From the NCBI GenBank assembly GCA_964601305.1, contig CAZRMW010000001.1, positions 135,450 through 199,449 of the forward strand: 64,000 nucleotides of DNA, written 5' to 3'. Positions 30,261-40,008 of this stretch are shown one piece after another. The position numbers and the translations under genes are program-made. The notes beneath the pieces are model-generated. The model saw nothing but the letters and a program-made list of their open reading frames with translations, had not been told where the DNA came from and did no database searches. Origin of the DNA: an uncultured Candidatus Saccharibacteria bacterium. GTDB lineage: Bacteria; Patescibacteriota; Minisyncoccia; JAHISW01; Tagabacteraceae. Every line of letters begins with the position of its first letter. The stretch's first letter is position 1.

Positions 30261-30294
30261 AATAAAAAAACGGGGTAGCACATAGTACTACCCC
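30261..30294 (-). terminator. Rho-independent terminator (minus strand)
   Basis: GGGGTAG-loop-CTACCCC followed by U7 on the minus strand. Confidence 0.65.
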
Positions 30295-30296
30295 AT

Positions 30297-30905
30297 ACAA
30301 CAAAGAACATTAACTTAGATTTTAGCCTTAGGTGAGTTGGTTACAGATACTTTGTACCCTAGAGTACATTTCTCCTTAGCCTAACGGTAAGACCGTCGAT
30401 TGAATTACCGCTCTGAACATCACCCAGATTCCTACCTTTTTCAAGATAGTACTTGGAATATTCGTCCAGGAAGATTTAGGTCACCCTAAATTTTGTAACT
30501 CCCCGAGAGATCTGCTAATCTCTCCAACGAATCTCCGCAACCCTCCACAAGCAACGCTAGCAGGCTTTAACGCACGTGAAGTTTGGGCTATTCCGGGTAT
30601 ACCGGTTACCGGAATCACTCTTTGTTTTCTTGCTAAGTTAATGACCTTTTTTAACTGTTCTTAATACAGTATATAAAAATAAATTCTCAAGTCAAGCGTT
30701 TGTTTATCCCCAACAGACTAGAGGTATGCACCTGTCCAGCCTGCCGGTAAGTATGACTCGGTAGACAAAAAATACCAAACTTACAACTTCGAAGTGAAAA
30801 CAGTGGAGGTGTGGACAAGCCTTGACGACAGAATAGTAAATATGATATATATTTAAGATATTAACACCACTGCCCCTGCTCCTTGGAGTAAGGGCAGTTT
30901 GTTGT
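30297..30905 (-). ncRNA. Candidate structured non-coding RNA of about 600 nt (identity unknown; strand uncertain)
   Basis: About 770 bp without an ORF and with locally elevated GC. Many stem-loops. A minus-strand terminator at the 3' side, a weak TTGAAT-N15-TATAAC promoter near 30900, and a plus-strand hairpin plus T-run at 30868-30905. Confidence 0.3.
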
Positions 30906-30932
30906 TATAGTTAAACGTATTCAAATTCAAAT

Positions 30933-31493
30933 ATGCTATTTAAATCTCCGAAAAAAGAACGAGTGGCGATATATATTGATGGTAATAATTTTTATAATCG
31001 CTTAAAAGAACCTGAAATTAATTTTCCAAAAGGTGTTAATTTTAATTATTCAGAATTTATAAATTTTTTGTTGGGAGACAGAGAATTAATTTCAAAAAGA
31101 TATTATATTGGTATAGTAAAAAATTTTGATGGAAAAGAAAAAAGCAAGAAAATGGTTTCAAGTCAGCAAAAATTTCTATCTGAATTAGAAAATCAGGGGT
31201 TTAGTATTAAAAGAGGTAAAATTATTTATGACAACGGGAAGCCAAGAGAAAAAGGCGTTGATGTTAAAATAGCCATAGATTTGATTACGGGAGCAATTGA
31301 TGATTTATATGATACAGCTATTTTAATAAGTTCTGATACAGATTTAATACCAGCGATCAAATATATTAAATTTAAAGACAAAAAACTTGAATATGTTGGA
31401 TTTTCTCACAACCCATCCTTTGGGATGATAAAATGGTCAACCACAAGAAGACTTCTTCTACCTGAAGATATAAACAGATTTAAGCAATTTTGA
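30933..31493 (+). CDS. NYN-domain (LabA-like) protein
   Basis: VAIYIDGNNFYNRL...GVDVKIAIDLI...AILISSDTDLIPAI. Confidence 0.7.
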   Translation: MLFKSPKKERVAIYIDGNNFYNRLKEPEINFPKGVNFNYSEFINFLLGDRELISKRYYIGIVKNFDGKEKSKKMVSSQQKFLSELENQGFSIKRGKIIYDNGKPREKGVDVKIAIDLITGAIDDLYDTAILISSDTDLIPAIKYIKFKDKKLEYVGFSHNPSFGMIKWSTTRRLLLPEDINRFKQF

Positions 31494-31567
31494 ATTCTTC
31501 TGATTGGTAGTATTGACTTAAAAAGTACTTGCAATATACTGTAGATATCGTTTAATACTCATTATAT

Positions 31568-31786
31568 ATGGAAAACATTCTACCAATATTTCAAATAGTT
31601 GTTTCTGTTTTGCTTGTAGTTGCTGTTTTACTCCAACAAAGAGGCGCTGGTCTTTCTGGGCTTTTTGGCGGAAGCGACGGGGGCTATCACACCAAAAGAG
31701 GTTTTGAGAAAAAGCTGTTCGTGGCAACCATAGTTCTTGCCTTTCTGTTTTTGGCATCAACATTCGTTGCACTACTTATACACTAA
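31568..31786 (+). CDS. secG: Preprotein translocase subunit SecG
   Basis: Two TM segments flanking QQRGAGLSGLFGGSDG. Confidence 0.75.
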   Translation: MENILPIFQIVVSVLLVVAVLLQQRGAGLSGLFGGSDGGYHTKRGFEKKLFVATIVLAFLFLASTFVALLIH

Positions 31787-31795
31787 ACACAAAAA

Positions 31796-33580
31796 GTGAT
31801 TTATCTAAAAAAAATCCAAGCAAAAATTATCTTGCTGGAGCTAAGGCTTCGGTATGTTTTGCTTCACCTGTCGCCAAGACTTAAAAAAGTTTTGCTTTTT
31901 TCTTTGGCTATATTTATTATGAGCACTGCGCTTATAATAAACGAAATAGATAAAAATCTAAGTACAAAAATTCCAGAAAAAGGAGGGGCTTTAACAGAAG
32001 GAATAATAGGTACTCCCAGATTTGTAAATCCGGTGCTTACAATTTCCGACGCAGATAGAGACCTAACCATGCTAGTTTATTCAGGGCTTCTTAGGTCAAA
32101 CAACAACCAGCTTGTATTAGATTTGGCAGAAAGCTACGAAATAGATGAAGACGAACTTTGCTACACATTTACACTAAAACCAAACTTGCGCTGGTCAGAC
32201 AATATGCCACTAACCAGCGACGATGTTATTTTTACCATAGAGCAAATAAAGAACCCTACAACAAAAAGCCCTAGAAGAGCTTCTTGGGAAGGAGTAGAGA
32301 TTGAAAAAATAGATGAAAAAAATTTGAGTTTTTGTCTGCAAAAACCTTATGCTCCTTTTTTAGAAAACATGACTCTTGGAATATTACCAAAACATATTTG
32401 GAAAGATGTACTCCCAGAACAAATGCCTTTAAGTATTTTTAATATAGAAGCGACTGGTTCTGGACCATACAAAATAGAAAACATTTCTAGAAATTCTTCT
32501 GGTATCATCACTTCATACACACTTAAACCAAACAAAAACTTCCCTATACAAGACCCTTATCTTCAAAAAATAATTCTTAAGTTTTATCCATCAGAAAAAG
32601 AGCTTGTTTCTGCTTACAAAAGTGGAGAAATAGATAGCTTGAGTGCTTTAGCTCCACAAAAAATACTAGAAATAAAAAAAGATAACTCTTTTATAAAAAC
32701 CTATTTCCTTTCTCGTGTTTTTGCTATTTTCTTTAACCAAGACAATGCAAAACTTTTTGCAGAAAGCGAAGTAAGGCACGCACTTGATGTAAGCACAAAC
32801 AAACAAAAAATAGTAAATGAAATATTAAAAAACTTTGGTACACCAATTAGCTCCCCTATTCCTCCAGGAAGTATCGGTTTTAAAGAAACATCCACAATAC
32901 AAGAAAATATAAATGGAGATTTAGGAAAAGCAAAAGATATTTTAGAAAGAAATGGATGGAAGTTTCCAAAAACTAAACCCGCCGAAAGTGAAGACATTCA
33001 GGCGGGCAAGGACGAAGAACAGAAAGTACTAGAAAGAAAAAAGGGCAAAGAACTCTTACGACTTGAATTTTCTATTTCAACTTCAAACATTCCCGACTTG
33101 GTACAAACAGCTGAGCTTATAAAACAAAACTGGGAAGAACTTGGCGCAAAAGTGAATTTGAAAATATATGAAATAGGAGATCTTGAACAAAATGTTATCC
33201 GCCCAAGAGAATACGATGCGCTTCTTTTTGGAGAAATTATGGGCAAAGATCCAGATGCTTTCGCTTTTTGGCACTCCTCTCAAAGAAACGATCCTGGCTT
33301 GAACATAGCACAATATACCAATATCAGCGCCGACAAATTTCTTGAAGAAGCTCGTACAACTTTCGATATCAAAAAAAGAGAAGATAAATATCTAAAATTT
33401 CAAGAAGAAATAAAAGAAGATGCACCAGCTGTATTTCTATATTCACCATATTTTGTTCATCTACTACCAACTTCTATAAAAGGGGTCGACGAAGAATCTA
33501 TTACTGTGTCCTCTGAAAGATTCTCTCAAATTTATAAATGGCACATAAAAACCAAAAAAGTATGGAAAATATTTCAATAG
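31796..33580 (+). CDS. ABC transporter substrate-binding protein, family 5 (OppA/DppA-like)
   Basis: Size and SBP_bac_5-like central region. N-terminal signal/TM segment. The true start may lie downstream. Confidence 0.6.
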   Translation: MIYLKKIQAKIILLELRLRYVLLHLSPRLKKVLLFSLAIFIMSTALIINEIDKNLSTKIPEKGGALTEGIIGTPRFVNPVLTISDADRDLTMLVYSGLLRSNNNQLVLDLAESYEIDEDELCYTFTLKPNLRWSDNMPLTSDDVIFTIEQIKNPTTKSPRRASWEGVEIEKIDEKNLSFCLQKPYAPFLENMTLGILPKHIWKDVLPEQMPLSIFNIEATGSGPYKIENISRNSSGIITSYTLKPNKNFPIQDPYLQKIILKFYPSEKELVSAYKSGEIDSLSALAPQKILEIKKDNSFIKTYFLSRVFAIFFNQDNAKLFAESEVRHALDVSTNKQKIVNEILKNFGTPISSPIPPGSIGFKETSTIQENINGDLGKAKDILERNGWKFPKTKPAESEDIQAGKDEEQKVLERKKGKELLRLEFSISTSNIPDLVQTAELIKQNWEELGAKVNLKIYEIGDLEQNVIRPREYDALLFGEIMGKDPDAFAFWHSSQRNDPGLNIAQYTNISADKFLEEARTTFDIKKREDKYLKFQEEIKEDAPAVFLYSPYFVHLLPTSIKGVDEESITVSSERFSQIYKWHIKTKKVWKIFQ

Positions 33581-34284
33581 AGGCACTTGTTAAAGACATC
33601 GAAAACACTCCTCGAAAACTAGAAGGTCTAAAAGATGTATTAAAAACTCCAAAAATCGCCGACCAAAATCCTCAAAAAATTGTATATGACGTCTATAGAG
33701 AAGTAGATCTGGTAAACACTTTGAGATACGATATCACTATTATGCACCCAGAAATGCTAGGTAGTGAATTTTGCAAAACATACGGACACTCTCATGAATA
33801 CTTAGAGGTAATGGAGGTGCTAGAAGGAAAAGCTCTGTGGTTACTTCAGAAACACGACCAGAATAACCCAGAAATCATAAAAGAAGTCTATTTGGTTTCT
33901 GCAAACAAAGGAGAAAAAGCTATTATTCCCAGCGACTTTGGATCAATAAGCATAAACCCAACAAAAGAAAAGGCCGTGCTTTCAAACTGGATGTGTACAG
34001 AGTCTATAAGTAGCTACGAATTAAACAAAAAATTTCAGGGTATGTGCTATTACATTTTAAAAAACAAAAACGGAGAAATAATTTATGAAAAAAATCCAAA
34101 TTACAAAGAAGTTCCTAGTTTAATTGAGTTAAAGCCAAAAGAACTACCAGAATACGGAATCACTTTCGACAAACCCCTACTCTCTTTAAAAGAAACTCCT
34201 GAAAAATTGGAATTTCTTAAAGACCCCGAAAAATATAAAAACATTCTTACAATCGATAAATGTTATGAAGAAACAAGAAAATAA
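33538..34284 (+). CDS. Hypothetical protein, possible cupin-fold (GHSHEY motif)
   Basis: KTYGHSHEYLEVMEVLEG is cupin-like. Weak. Confidence 0.3.
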   Translation: MAHKNQKSMENISIEALVKDIENTPRKLEGLKDVLKTPKIADQNPQKIVYDVYREVDLVNTLRYDITIMHPEMLGSEFCKTYGHSHEYLEVMEVLEGKALWLLQKHDQNNPEIIKEVYLVSANKGEKAIIPSDFGSISINPTKEKAVLSNWMCTESISSYELNKKFQGMCYYILKNKNGEIIYEKNPNYKEVPSLIELKPKELPEYGITFDKPLLSLKETPEKLEFLKDPEKYKNILTIDKCYEETRK

Positions 34285-34780
34285 TTACGCTTTTATAGAC
34301 AGCCAAAATGTTAATCTCGGTGTCCAAAGTCTTGGATGGAAATTGGATTTCAAAAAATTCCGAGCTTACTTAAAAGATAAATACAATATAAACAAAGCCT
34401 TTTTGTTTATTGGATATCTTCCAGGCAACGAACGACTGTACACCTTTTTACAAAAAGCTGGTTTTATCTGTGTTTTAAAACCAACCCTTGAACTACCTAA
34501 CGGTCGAGTAAAAGGAAATGTTGATGCTGAATTAGTTTTACACACAATGATTGAAATTAATAATTTTGACAAAGCAATAATTGTATCTGGAGACGGAGAT
34601 TTTTATTGTTTAGTTAAACACTTATTAAAAATTAGAAAATTTAAAAAAATGCTTATACCTAACCAAAAACGGTATTCCGGACTTCTTAAACAACTAAGTA
34701 CTCCAGATTATAATATTCTCGATTTTATGGATACATTACAGAAAAAACTTTTTTTCGAAAAAAGAAAAGAGCTCTCGTAG
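34265..34780 (+). CDS. NYN-domain (LabA-like) protein, second copy
   Basis: YAFIDSQNV...GNVDAELV...AIIVSGDGDF. Confidence 0.65.
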   Translation: MKKQENNYAFIDSQNVNLGVQSLGWKLDFKKFRAYLKDKYNINKAFLFIGYLPGNERLYTFLQKAGFICVLKPTLELPNGRVKGNVDAELVLHTMIEINNFDKAIIVSGDGDFYCLVKHLLKIRKFKKMLIPNQKRYSGLLKQLSTPDYNILDFMDTLQKKLFFEKRKELS

Positions 34781-34861
34781 AGAACCCCTTTCGTCGTGAT
34801 GTTTTCACTATATCAAATCAAAAAAAAAAGTCAAGTAATAAATAATTAACAATAAATAAAA

Positions 34862-36532
34862 ATGAAAATTTCTAACAAGGTAAAAATAATCCCACTTGGT
34901 GGAGTGGAAGAAATCGGTCGCAATATGACAGTAATAGAATACGGAAACGACATCGTTGTTGTCGATGCTGGTTTTCAATTTCCCGAAGCAGAAACTCCTG
35001 GCATAGATTATATTTTGCCAAACACAGAGTATCTACAAAAAAACAAACACAAAATCCGCGGGCTAATAATTAGCCACGGACACTTAGACCATATTGGCGC
35101 CATTCCATACATAATGGATAAAATTGGCAACCCTACTATTTACACAACTAGACTTACAAAAGCTATGGTACTTAAACGCCAAGAAGAATTTCCACATGTA
35201 CCAAAACTGATTATAAAAGAAATAAAATCTGGAGATAGAATTAGGCTTGGGAACCTAAAAGCAAAATTTTTCGATATTACTCACACCATTCCAGATGCAA
35301 TAGGTACAATAATAGAAACCCCTCTAGGAAATGTTGTTTATCCGGGTGATGCAAAAATAGAGCACAATAGTCGTGGACAAATTTCTAAAACAGAGGCCTA
35401 TCAAAAACTAGGCAAAGAAAAAAACTTGGTTCTACTTTTAGAAAGCACCAACTCTGAAAAGCCTGGCTTTTCAATGACAGAAGACACCGTAAAGAAAAAC
35501 TTGGAAAAAGTTTTTAAAGAAGCTCCAAAAAGAATTATCGTTGGAACATTTTCTTCTCAGCTTGAAAGAATAATAGAGATTATAAAAATCGCCCAGAAGC
35601 TAAAAAAGAAAGTCGCTATCGACGGATTTAGTATGAAATCCAACATTGAAATTGCCAAAAAACTAGAACTTTTTAAGCCTAAAAAAGATACTATAATACC
35701 CATAAAAAACATTGACGATTATCCAGACGAAAGAATTATTATAGTGTGCACAGGCGCGCAAGGAGAAAAAAACGCTTCACTTATGCGCATAGCAAGTAAA
35801 AAACATGCACATATAAACTTAAAGTCTAGAGATACTGTAGTACTTTCTTCTTCCATTATTCCTGGAAATGAAAAGAGTATTCAAAACCTAAAAGATAATC
35901 TTGCAAGGCAAGACGCTAAAGTAATTCACTACGAAGTGGCCGACATCCATGCTAGTGGGCACGCATATGCTGAAGAATTAAAAATAATTACAAAGCTTAT
36001 AAAACCAAAATTTTTAGTGCCAGTGCATGGACACTTCTTTATGCTAAAAACAAATGCCCTTTTGGGAGAATCCGTAGGTATACCCAAAGCAAACATAGAA
36101 GTACCTATGAAAAACGGAGTAATAATAGAAACTGACGGCAAAAAAATAAGCACCAGAAAAGAAACAGTACCGGCAAACTATGTTATGGTAGACGGGCTTG
36201 GCGTTGGCGATGTACGAGAAGTGGTGCTTAGGGACAGGCAAATGCTCGCCAAAGACGGAATTTTCGTAATCATCGCCGTAATAGATACCAAAGCCAGAAA
36301 AGTGCTTGGCTCTCCAGATATTATTTCTCGTGGCTTTGTTTATCTAAAAGAATCTCAAGATTTATTAAAAAAAGCTCGGTTTATTGTGAAAAAAATTGTT
36401 GGCGAATCTGCGCAAATGAGCCCAATGAATATTACGTTTGTAAAAGACAATATTCGTGAACGAATTGGCAAATACCTTTTCCAAAAAACAAAAAGACGAC
36501 CGATGGTCTTACCGGTCGTCATTGAGATCTAA
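34862..36532 (+). CDS. rnj: Ribonuclease J
   Basis: Metallo-beta-lactamase HxHxDH (ISHGHLDHIG), beta-CASP region and RNase J C-terminal domain. 556 aa. Confidence 0.9.
   Translation: MKISNKVKIIPLGGVEEIGRNMTVIEYGNDIVVVDAGFQFPEAETPGIDYILPNTEYLQKNKHKIRGLIISHGHLDHIGAIPYIMDKIGNPTIYTTRLTKAMVLKRQEEFPHVPKLIIKEIKSGDRIRLGNLKAKFFDITHTIPDAIGTIIETPLGNVVYPGDAKIEHNSRGQISKTEAYQKLGKEKNLVLLLESTNSEKPGFSMTEDTVKKNLEKVFKEAPKRIIVGTFSSQLERIIEIIKIAQKLKKKVAIDGFSMKSNIEIAKKLELFKPKKDTIIPIKNIDDYPDERIIIVCTGAQGEKNASLMRIASKKHAHINLKSRDTVVLSSSIIPGNEKSIQNLKDNLARQDAKVIHYEVADIHASGHAYAEELKIITKLIKPKFLVPVHGHFFMLKTNALLGESVGIPKANIEVPMKNGVIIETDGKKISTRKETVPANYVMVDGLGVGDVREVVLRDRQMLAKDGIFVIIAVIDTKARKVLGSPDIISRGFVYLKESQDLLKKARFIVKKIVGESAQMSPMNITFVKDNIRERIGKYLFQKTKRRPMVLPVVIEI
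36483..36520 (-). terminator. Terminator of the DUF378 gene, overlapping the rnj 3' coding end; copy 1 of a duplicated terminator module
   Basis: GACGACCGG-loop-CCGGTCGTC followed by UUUUUGUUUUUUU on the minus strand. Confidence 0.65.
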
Positions 36533-36590
36533 AATATAAACGGCCCTCGACTTTGTGTCGGGACCATTTATATTTTTACTATAAAAAACT

Positions 36591-36797
36591 TTACTTACAA
36601 CAATTACCAGTAAGTTTTGGAAGCATTGTTAGCATATATACAGCGCTAATACCTACTAAAATATAAACTACTTTAGAAAGCATAGACATATCTCCAAAAA
36701 TAGTAGCAACCAAATCAAAACCAAACAGACCAACTAGTCCCCAGTTTAATCCTCCAATTACTACTAAAATAACAGCAATTAAGTTTAAAATTTTCAT
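36591..36797 (-). CDS. DUF378-family small membrane protein
   Basis: VIGGLNWGLVGLFGFDLVA motif. Confidence 0.7.
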   Translation of the reverse strand: MKILNLIAVILVVIGGLNWGLVGLFGFDLVATIFGDMSMLSKVVYILVGISAVYMLTMLPKLTGNCCK

Positions 36798-36867
36798 AAA
36801 TTTTTTTATACATTATATAACTCGACCCTACCTATATTTTACCTCAAAAACTAGTTAAATGACTGTG

Positions 36868-36904
36868 GAAAACAAAAAGACGACCGATGGTACTCCCGGT
36901 CGTC
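36868..36904 (-). terminator. Terminator of 36918..37415; copy 2 of the duplicated module
   Basis: GACGACCGGGAGUACCAUCGGUCGUC followed by UUUUUGUUUUCC. Confidence 0.7.
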
Positions 36905-36917
36905 ATAGAAATTTAAA

Positions 36918-37415
36918 CTAGAAAGATCCCTTCGGGCCTTTTGGTATTTCTGTCCAGGCTGTTACCTCAATCCGATGCTTAGTGGTTTTTCTAAAAATTC
37001 CTGTCGAAATTTTTGCTTCCCAAAAACGTGGTTTTATAGTCGCATTAAACCTTCTTATCCACCAAGTACCCTGTTCTACAAAAAAACGAGCTTGCTCAGG
37101 AATCACTGATTCTCTACTTTCGTCATCCCAAATAAGTTTTACTAGTAGCATTCGCTCATGCTTCGGAGGTTCTTTTGGGTCTCTCCAATCAATATGCTCC
37201 CGGAAATTTTCTCGTCTTTCTTTTTCGGCTTTTAAAGCAACTAAATCGTCGTCAAGAGCCTTTATGTACAAACGTTCATAACCTTGATCTTTGGCTGATT
37301 TCAAATCTTTTCTAGCAATATTTAAGTTCTTTTGTTGTATTTCAATAAATTCCTCTAACTCACTATCAGAAATCTCTTTCAAATTTTCGACATCAGAAAA
37401 TGTTACTTGACTCAT
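36918..37415 (-). CDS. Hypothetical protein, paralog of 38113..38625 (shared EKERRENFRE.IDW...KGPKGSF)
   Basis: Pairwise similarity visible across the full length. Confidence 0.5.
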   Translation of the reverse strand: MSQVTFSDVENLKEISDSELEEFIEIQQKNLNIARKDLKSAKDQGYERLYIKALDDDLVALKAEKERRENFREHIDWRDPKEPPKHERMLLVKLIWDDESRESVIPEQARFFVEQGTWWIRRFNATIKPRFWEAKISTGIFRKTTKHRIEVTAWTEIPKGPKGSF

Positions 37416-37574
37416 TTTGTCTCCTCCTTTTTCTTCCTTTCCATTTTATTTTTTCTCGGACATCCGTGTAAAAGATGGGTTAAATCAGTTCGAACACCGC
37501 CACACAAAGGACACAATCCCATTCCAACAAGCATTGCCGGGATATTCCTCACCAGACGACGTTTTTTCTTTTTT

Positions 37575-37982
37575 TTAAACATTAAGTTTCTTCCCCCAAA
37601 CAGAATATACGCCAGAAATTTGGCGACCACCCCAGCCTGCATCCGTACAAACCAGCACATCGTAGCCTTCTTTTTTAAAACTCTCTATCACTTTCCAAGG
37701 TCTCGGATCATGAAACGAAGAAACTCTCTTTAAAATATTTCTGAGATGTGTATAATCCATCTCCTCAAGTTCTTCTGGGCTGTGTCTGCTTACAACAATT
37801 TCTTTTTCTGGCCCATCAGACCGATCACTTACTTTACCCACAATCCAAGAAAAAAATAAAAGAAAAAATAGACAGCCTAAAAAATTCATAAGAAAATTCC
37901 TTTCCTTTTTTGTCAACCATTGCCTACTCACAAAACTACCAAAAACAGTCTCAAAAAGCAAGTTTTTTAAACTTAAGTACAC
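37575..37982 (-). CDS. Membrane-anchored hypothetical protein, paralog of 38622..38987
   Basis: Shared LFE.VFGS..., SPEELEEM.Y..L and K.QGY...VWGKK. TM segment. Confidence 0.45.
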   Translation of the reverse strand: MYLSLKNLLFETVFGSFVSRQWLTKKERNFLMNFLGCLFFLLFFSWIVGKVSDRSDGPEKEIVVSRHSPEELEEMDYTHLRNILKRVSSFHDPRPWKVIESFKKEGYDVLVCTDAGWGGRQISGVYSVWGKKLNV

Positions 37983-37998
37983 TTTTATCTACATAAAC

Positions 37999-38038
37999 AA
38001 AATGCCAAACTCTTACGATCGTATGAGTATGGCGAATT
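37999..38038. repeat. 40-nt imperfect palindromic element (ATGCCA...CTTACGATCGTATGAG.ATGGCGAA), copy 1
   Basis: Near-identical to 56924..56966. Confidence 0.6.
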
Positions 38039-38112
38039 AGAAAACTTGAAAAACAAAGTAAAAAATAAATTTAAACGCCTCAGTCGACTGAGGCGTTTGT
38101 TTTTTAGTTTTG

Positions 38113-38625
38113 CTATTTCATTTTTTCGTCCAAGGCTCCCATATAAACTTCTTTCTTTTTTTGTTTTGTTGAAAAAGATCCTTTTGGGCCTTGTGGCATT
38201 TCTGTCCAAGCCTCCACTACTACCGCCACATTTTTAAATTTCCAAACACCTGGTTTTATCCAGGCATTATGTCTTCTTATCCACCAACTCTTTACTTCAG
38301 TCATCCAACGTACTTCTTGAAAAGTTCGAATGTTGTCATTTTCCCAAAAAAGACGCCCAAGTAGTGCTTTATTGTGCGTTGGCAGATCCTTCGGGTCATT
38401 CCAATCAATGTATTCACGAAAATTTTCTCGTCTTTCTTTTTCGGCATAAAGAATTTCCAAATTTTCCCTAACAGCAGTTATGTAAGATCCTTCTGGAGGA
38501 TTGTCGGCATAACCAATTCCCTCTAAAGATCTCAGAGCATTTTCTTGTCTCTCTAAAAACCTCCCTAAATTAATATCCGAAATGCTTTTCAAATACCTAG
38601 CAAACGGATTTTCTGTTTTAATCAT
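38113..38625 (-). CDS. Hypothetical protein, paralog of 36918..37415
   Basis: See paralog. Confidence 0.5.
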   Translation of the reverse strand: MIKTENPFARYLKSISDINLGRFLERQENALRSLEGIGYADNPPEGSYITAVRENLEILYAEKERRENFREYIDWNDPKDLPTHNKALLGRLFWENDNIRTFQEVRWMTEVKSWWIRRHNAWIKPGVWKFKNVAVVVEAWTEMPQGPKGSFSTKQKKKEVYMGALDEKMK

Positions 38626-38987
38626 TTGTCCTCCTTAGGTTTTTTACCCCATACAACGTGGTGTTTATTGTCAAACAGAAGAATAATTATTTCATACCCT
38701 TGCTCTTTTAGCTTTTTAATTTCAGCACCGGGGTGAGCTTCAAAAAAAGTGGGATTATTTTTTATGAAAAAAAGTTCTTCATATCCCATTTCTTCTAATT
38801 CTTTGGAAGTATATTCTGAAATAACAATCTCTTCATCTAGCTCATAGTGTTCCCCGCATGTTTTACCAACAACAATCACTAAAAACAAAACCCCGATAAT
38901 TACTGCTAATACCGTTCCATCTATTCCCATATTTTGCCTCCTATTTTCTACCTCCAAACTACCAAAAACAGCCTCAAAAAGCAACAA
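38622..38987 (-). CDS. Membrane-anchored hypothetical protein, paralog of 37575..37982
   Basis: 4-nt overlap with the downstream partner. TM segment. Confidence 0.45.
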   Translation of the reverse strand: MLLFEAVFGSLEVENRRQNMGIDGTVLAVIIGVLFLVIVVGKTCGEHYELDEEIVISEYTSKELEEMGYEELFFIKNNPTFFEAHPGAEIKKLKEQGYEIIILLFDNKHHVVWGKKPKEDK

Positions 38988-39036
38988 ACTACCAAAAACC
39001 TATATAGGTTTTTGGTAGTTTGGCTCATTTAAAGCC

Positions 39037-39834
39037 TTATTTTCCTTCGTAATGCTCGAGTAAAAATTCTACTAAAATTTCACCTCCAAGTTGACCCTTG
39101 CTTCTTGCCCCGCCCGGCGGGGTTGGTTCTATAAAATACTCCGACTCTACTCTATCTTTGTTTACCGTTATACCCTTGCCCACTTGAAGCATTTCTGCAT
39201 CATTATAGTTGTTGCCCGTGGTCATAATTTGTTTTGGCTCTATGTTTAACTGCTTAGCTAAATTTTTTATTCCCATCCCTTTGTTTGTTTTTTTGCTTCC
39301 TATATCGTACCCTTCATTTGTCCAAAGACAGTAAAGCTCTCCTTCTCCAACCTCTTCCACCAATTTACAAATTTCTTCCATTTCATCACAATGAACCGTA
39401 AGCACAAAAAGTTTTGGTTCAAACCCTCTTATCCTGCTGTCCATCTTTTTCATTTCTTTTATTTTTTCTTTAAGAACTCTCAATTTATTAAAATATTCAT
39501 CGCTATAAACTTCGTGAGTAATTCTGTTATCAAGCCAAGTGATATTTCCATTCTCTGCTTGCAAAATCGTTTCTTTGTCAGAAAATCTATTTGTTAAACT
39601 TTTTAGATACAAAATATTTCTACCAGATGAAAAGTTTAAACGCACATATTTTTCTAGCTTGTTTAAATTTTCTACAAATTTATCTGAAAGCTGCTTAGAC
39701 TCCATAAAAAGCTTAGAGCCATCATCCTCCTCTCTAATTTCTGTACCAACAGGAGCTATCACTCCATCGATATCAAAAGTAACTACTTTTATATTGTCTA
39801 ATTCTTCTTTAGTTATTTCTTCTAGTTTTTTCAT
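39037..39834 (-). CDS. HAD-superfamily hydrolase (Cof/IIB-like)
   Basis: VVTFDIDGVI (DxD), TGNNYNDAEML (motif IV). The C-terminus carries an in-frame GC-rich repeat (PPGGARSKG). Confidence 0.7.
   Translation of the reverse strand: MKKLEEITKEELDNIKVVTFDIDGVIAPVGTEIREEDDGSKLFMESKQLSDKFVENLNKLEKYVRLNFSSGRNILYLKSLTNRFSDKETILQAENGNITWLDNRITHEVYSDEYFNKLRVLKEKIKEMKKMDSRIRGFEPKLFVLTVHCDEMEEICKLVEEVGEGELYCLWTNEGYDIGSKKTNKGMGIKNLAKQLNIEPKQIMTTGNNYNDAEMLQVGKGITVNKDRVESEYFIEPTPPGGARSKGQLGGEILVEFLLEHYEGK
39104..39125. repeat. GC-hairpin family member CTTGCCCCGCCCGGCGGGG inside the 3' end of the HAD CDS
   Basis: One loop substitution relative to 27290. Confidence 0.55.
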
Positions 39835-39951
39835 CCCGTACGAAATAGAGAATCAAAGATTCTCGTTTATTAATCTAATAATTTTATAATAAAAAATAAT
39901 TTTTCTTGTTTTTTGTTTTTATCTATCTAAATCCCGGATTTCGTACGGGAT
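39833..39951. mobile_element. MITE-like element (~119 bp) with 14-bp TIRs ATCCCGTACGAAAT/ATTTCGTACGGGAT, copy 1
   Basis: Two copies share the TIRs and an internal GAGAATC-ARA-GATTCTC hairpin. The end abuts the ATG of 39037..39834. Confidence 0.6.
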
Positions 39952-40008
39952 TCATGTGTTTATTTTTTTGGTTTTGTTAAATTACAATATTTAGTATATC
40001 ATACTGTT

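Noticed and set aside
30160-30932. Calling the ORF-free region RNase P RNA or tmRNA
   Set aside because: I could not find the CR-I/CR-IV RNase P motifs (AGGAAAGUCCGGGC, ACAGAAACCCGGCUUA) or tmRNA tag/acceptor features on either strand. It is left as an unclassified ncRNA candidate.
31518-31772. 84-aa minus-strand ORF
   Set aside because: It is antisense to a clear SecG gene.
37412-37660. 82-aa Cys-containing ORF (CPLCGG...HGCPRK)
   Set aside because: It overlaps the 5' end of the better-supported paralog gene 37575..37982 in another frame, and it has a Lys-run low-complexity segment. Probably spurious.
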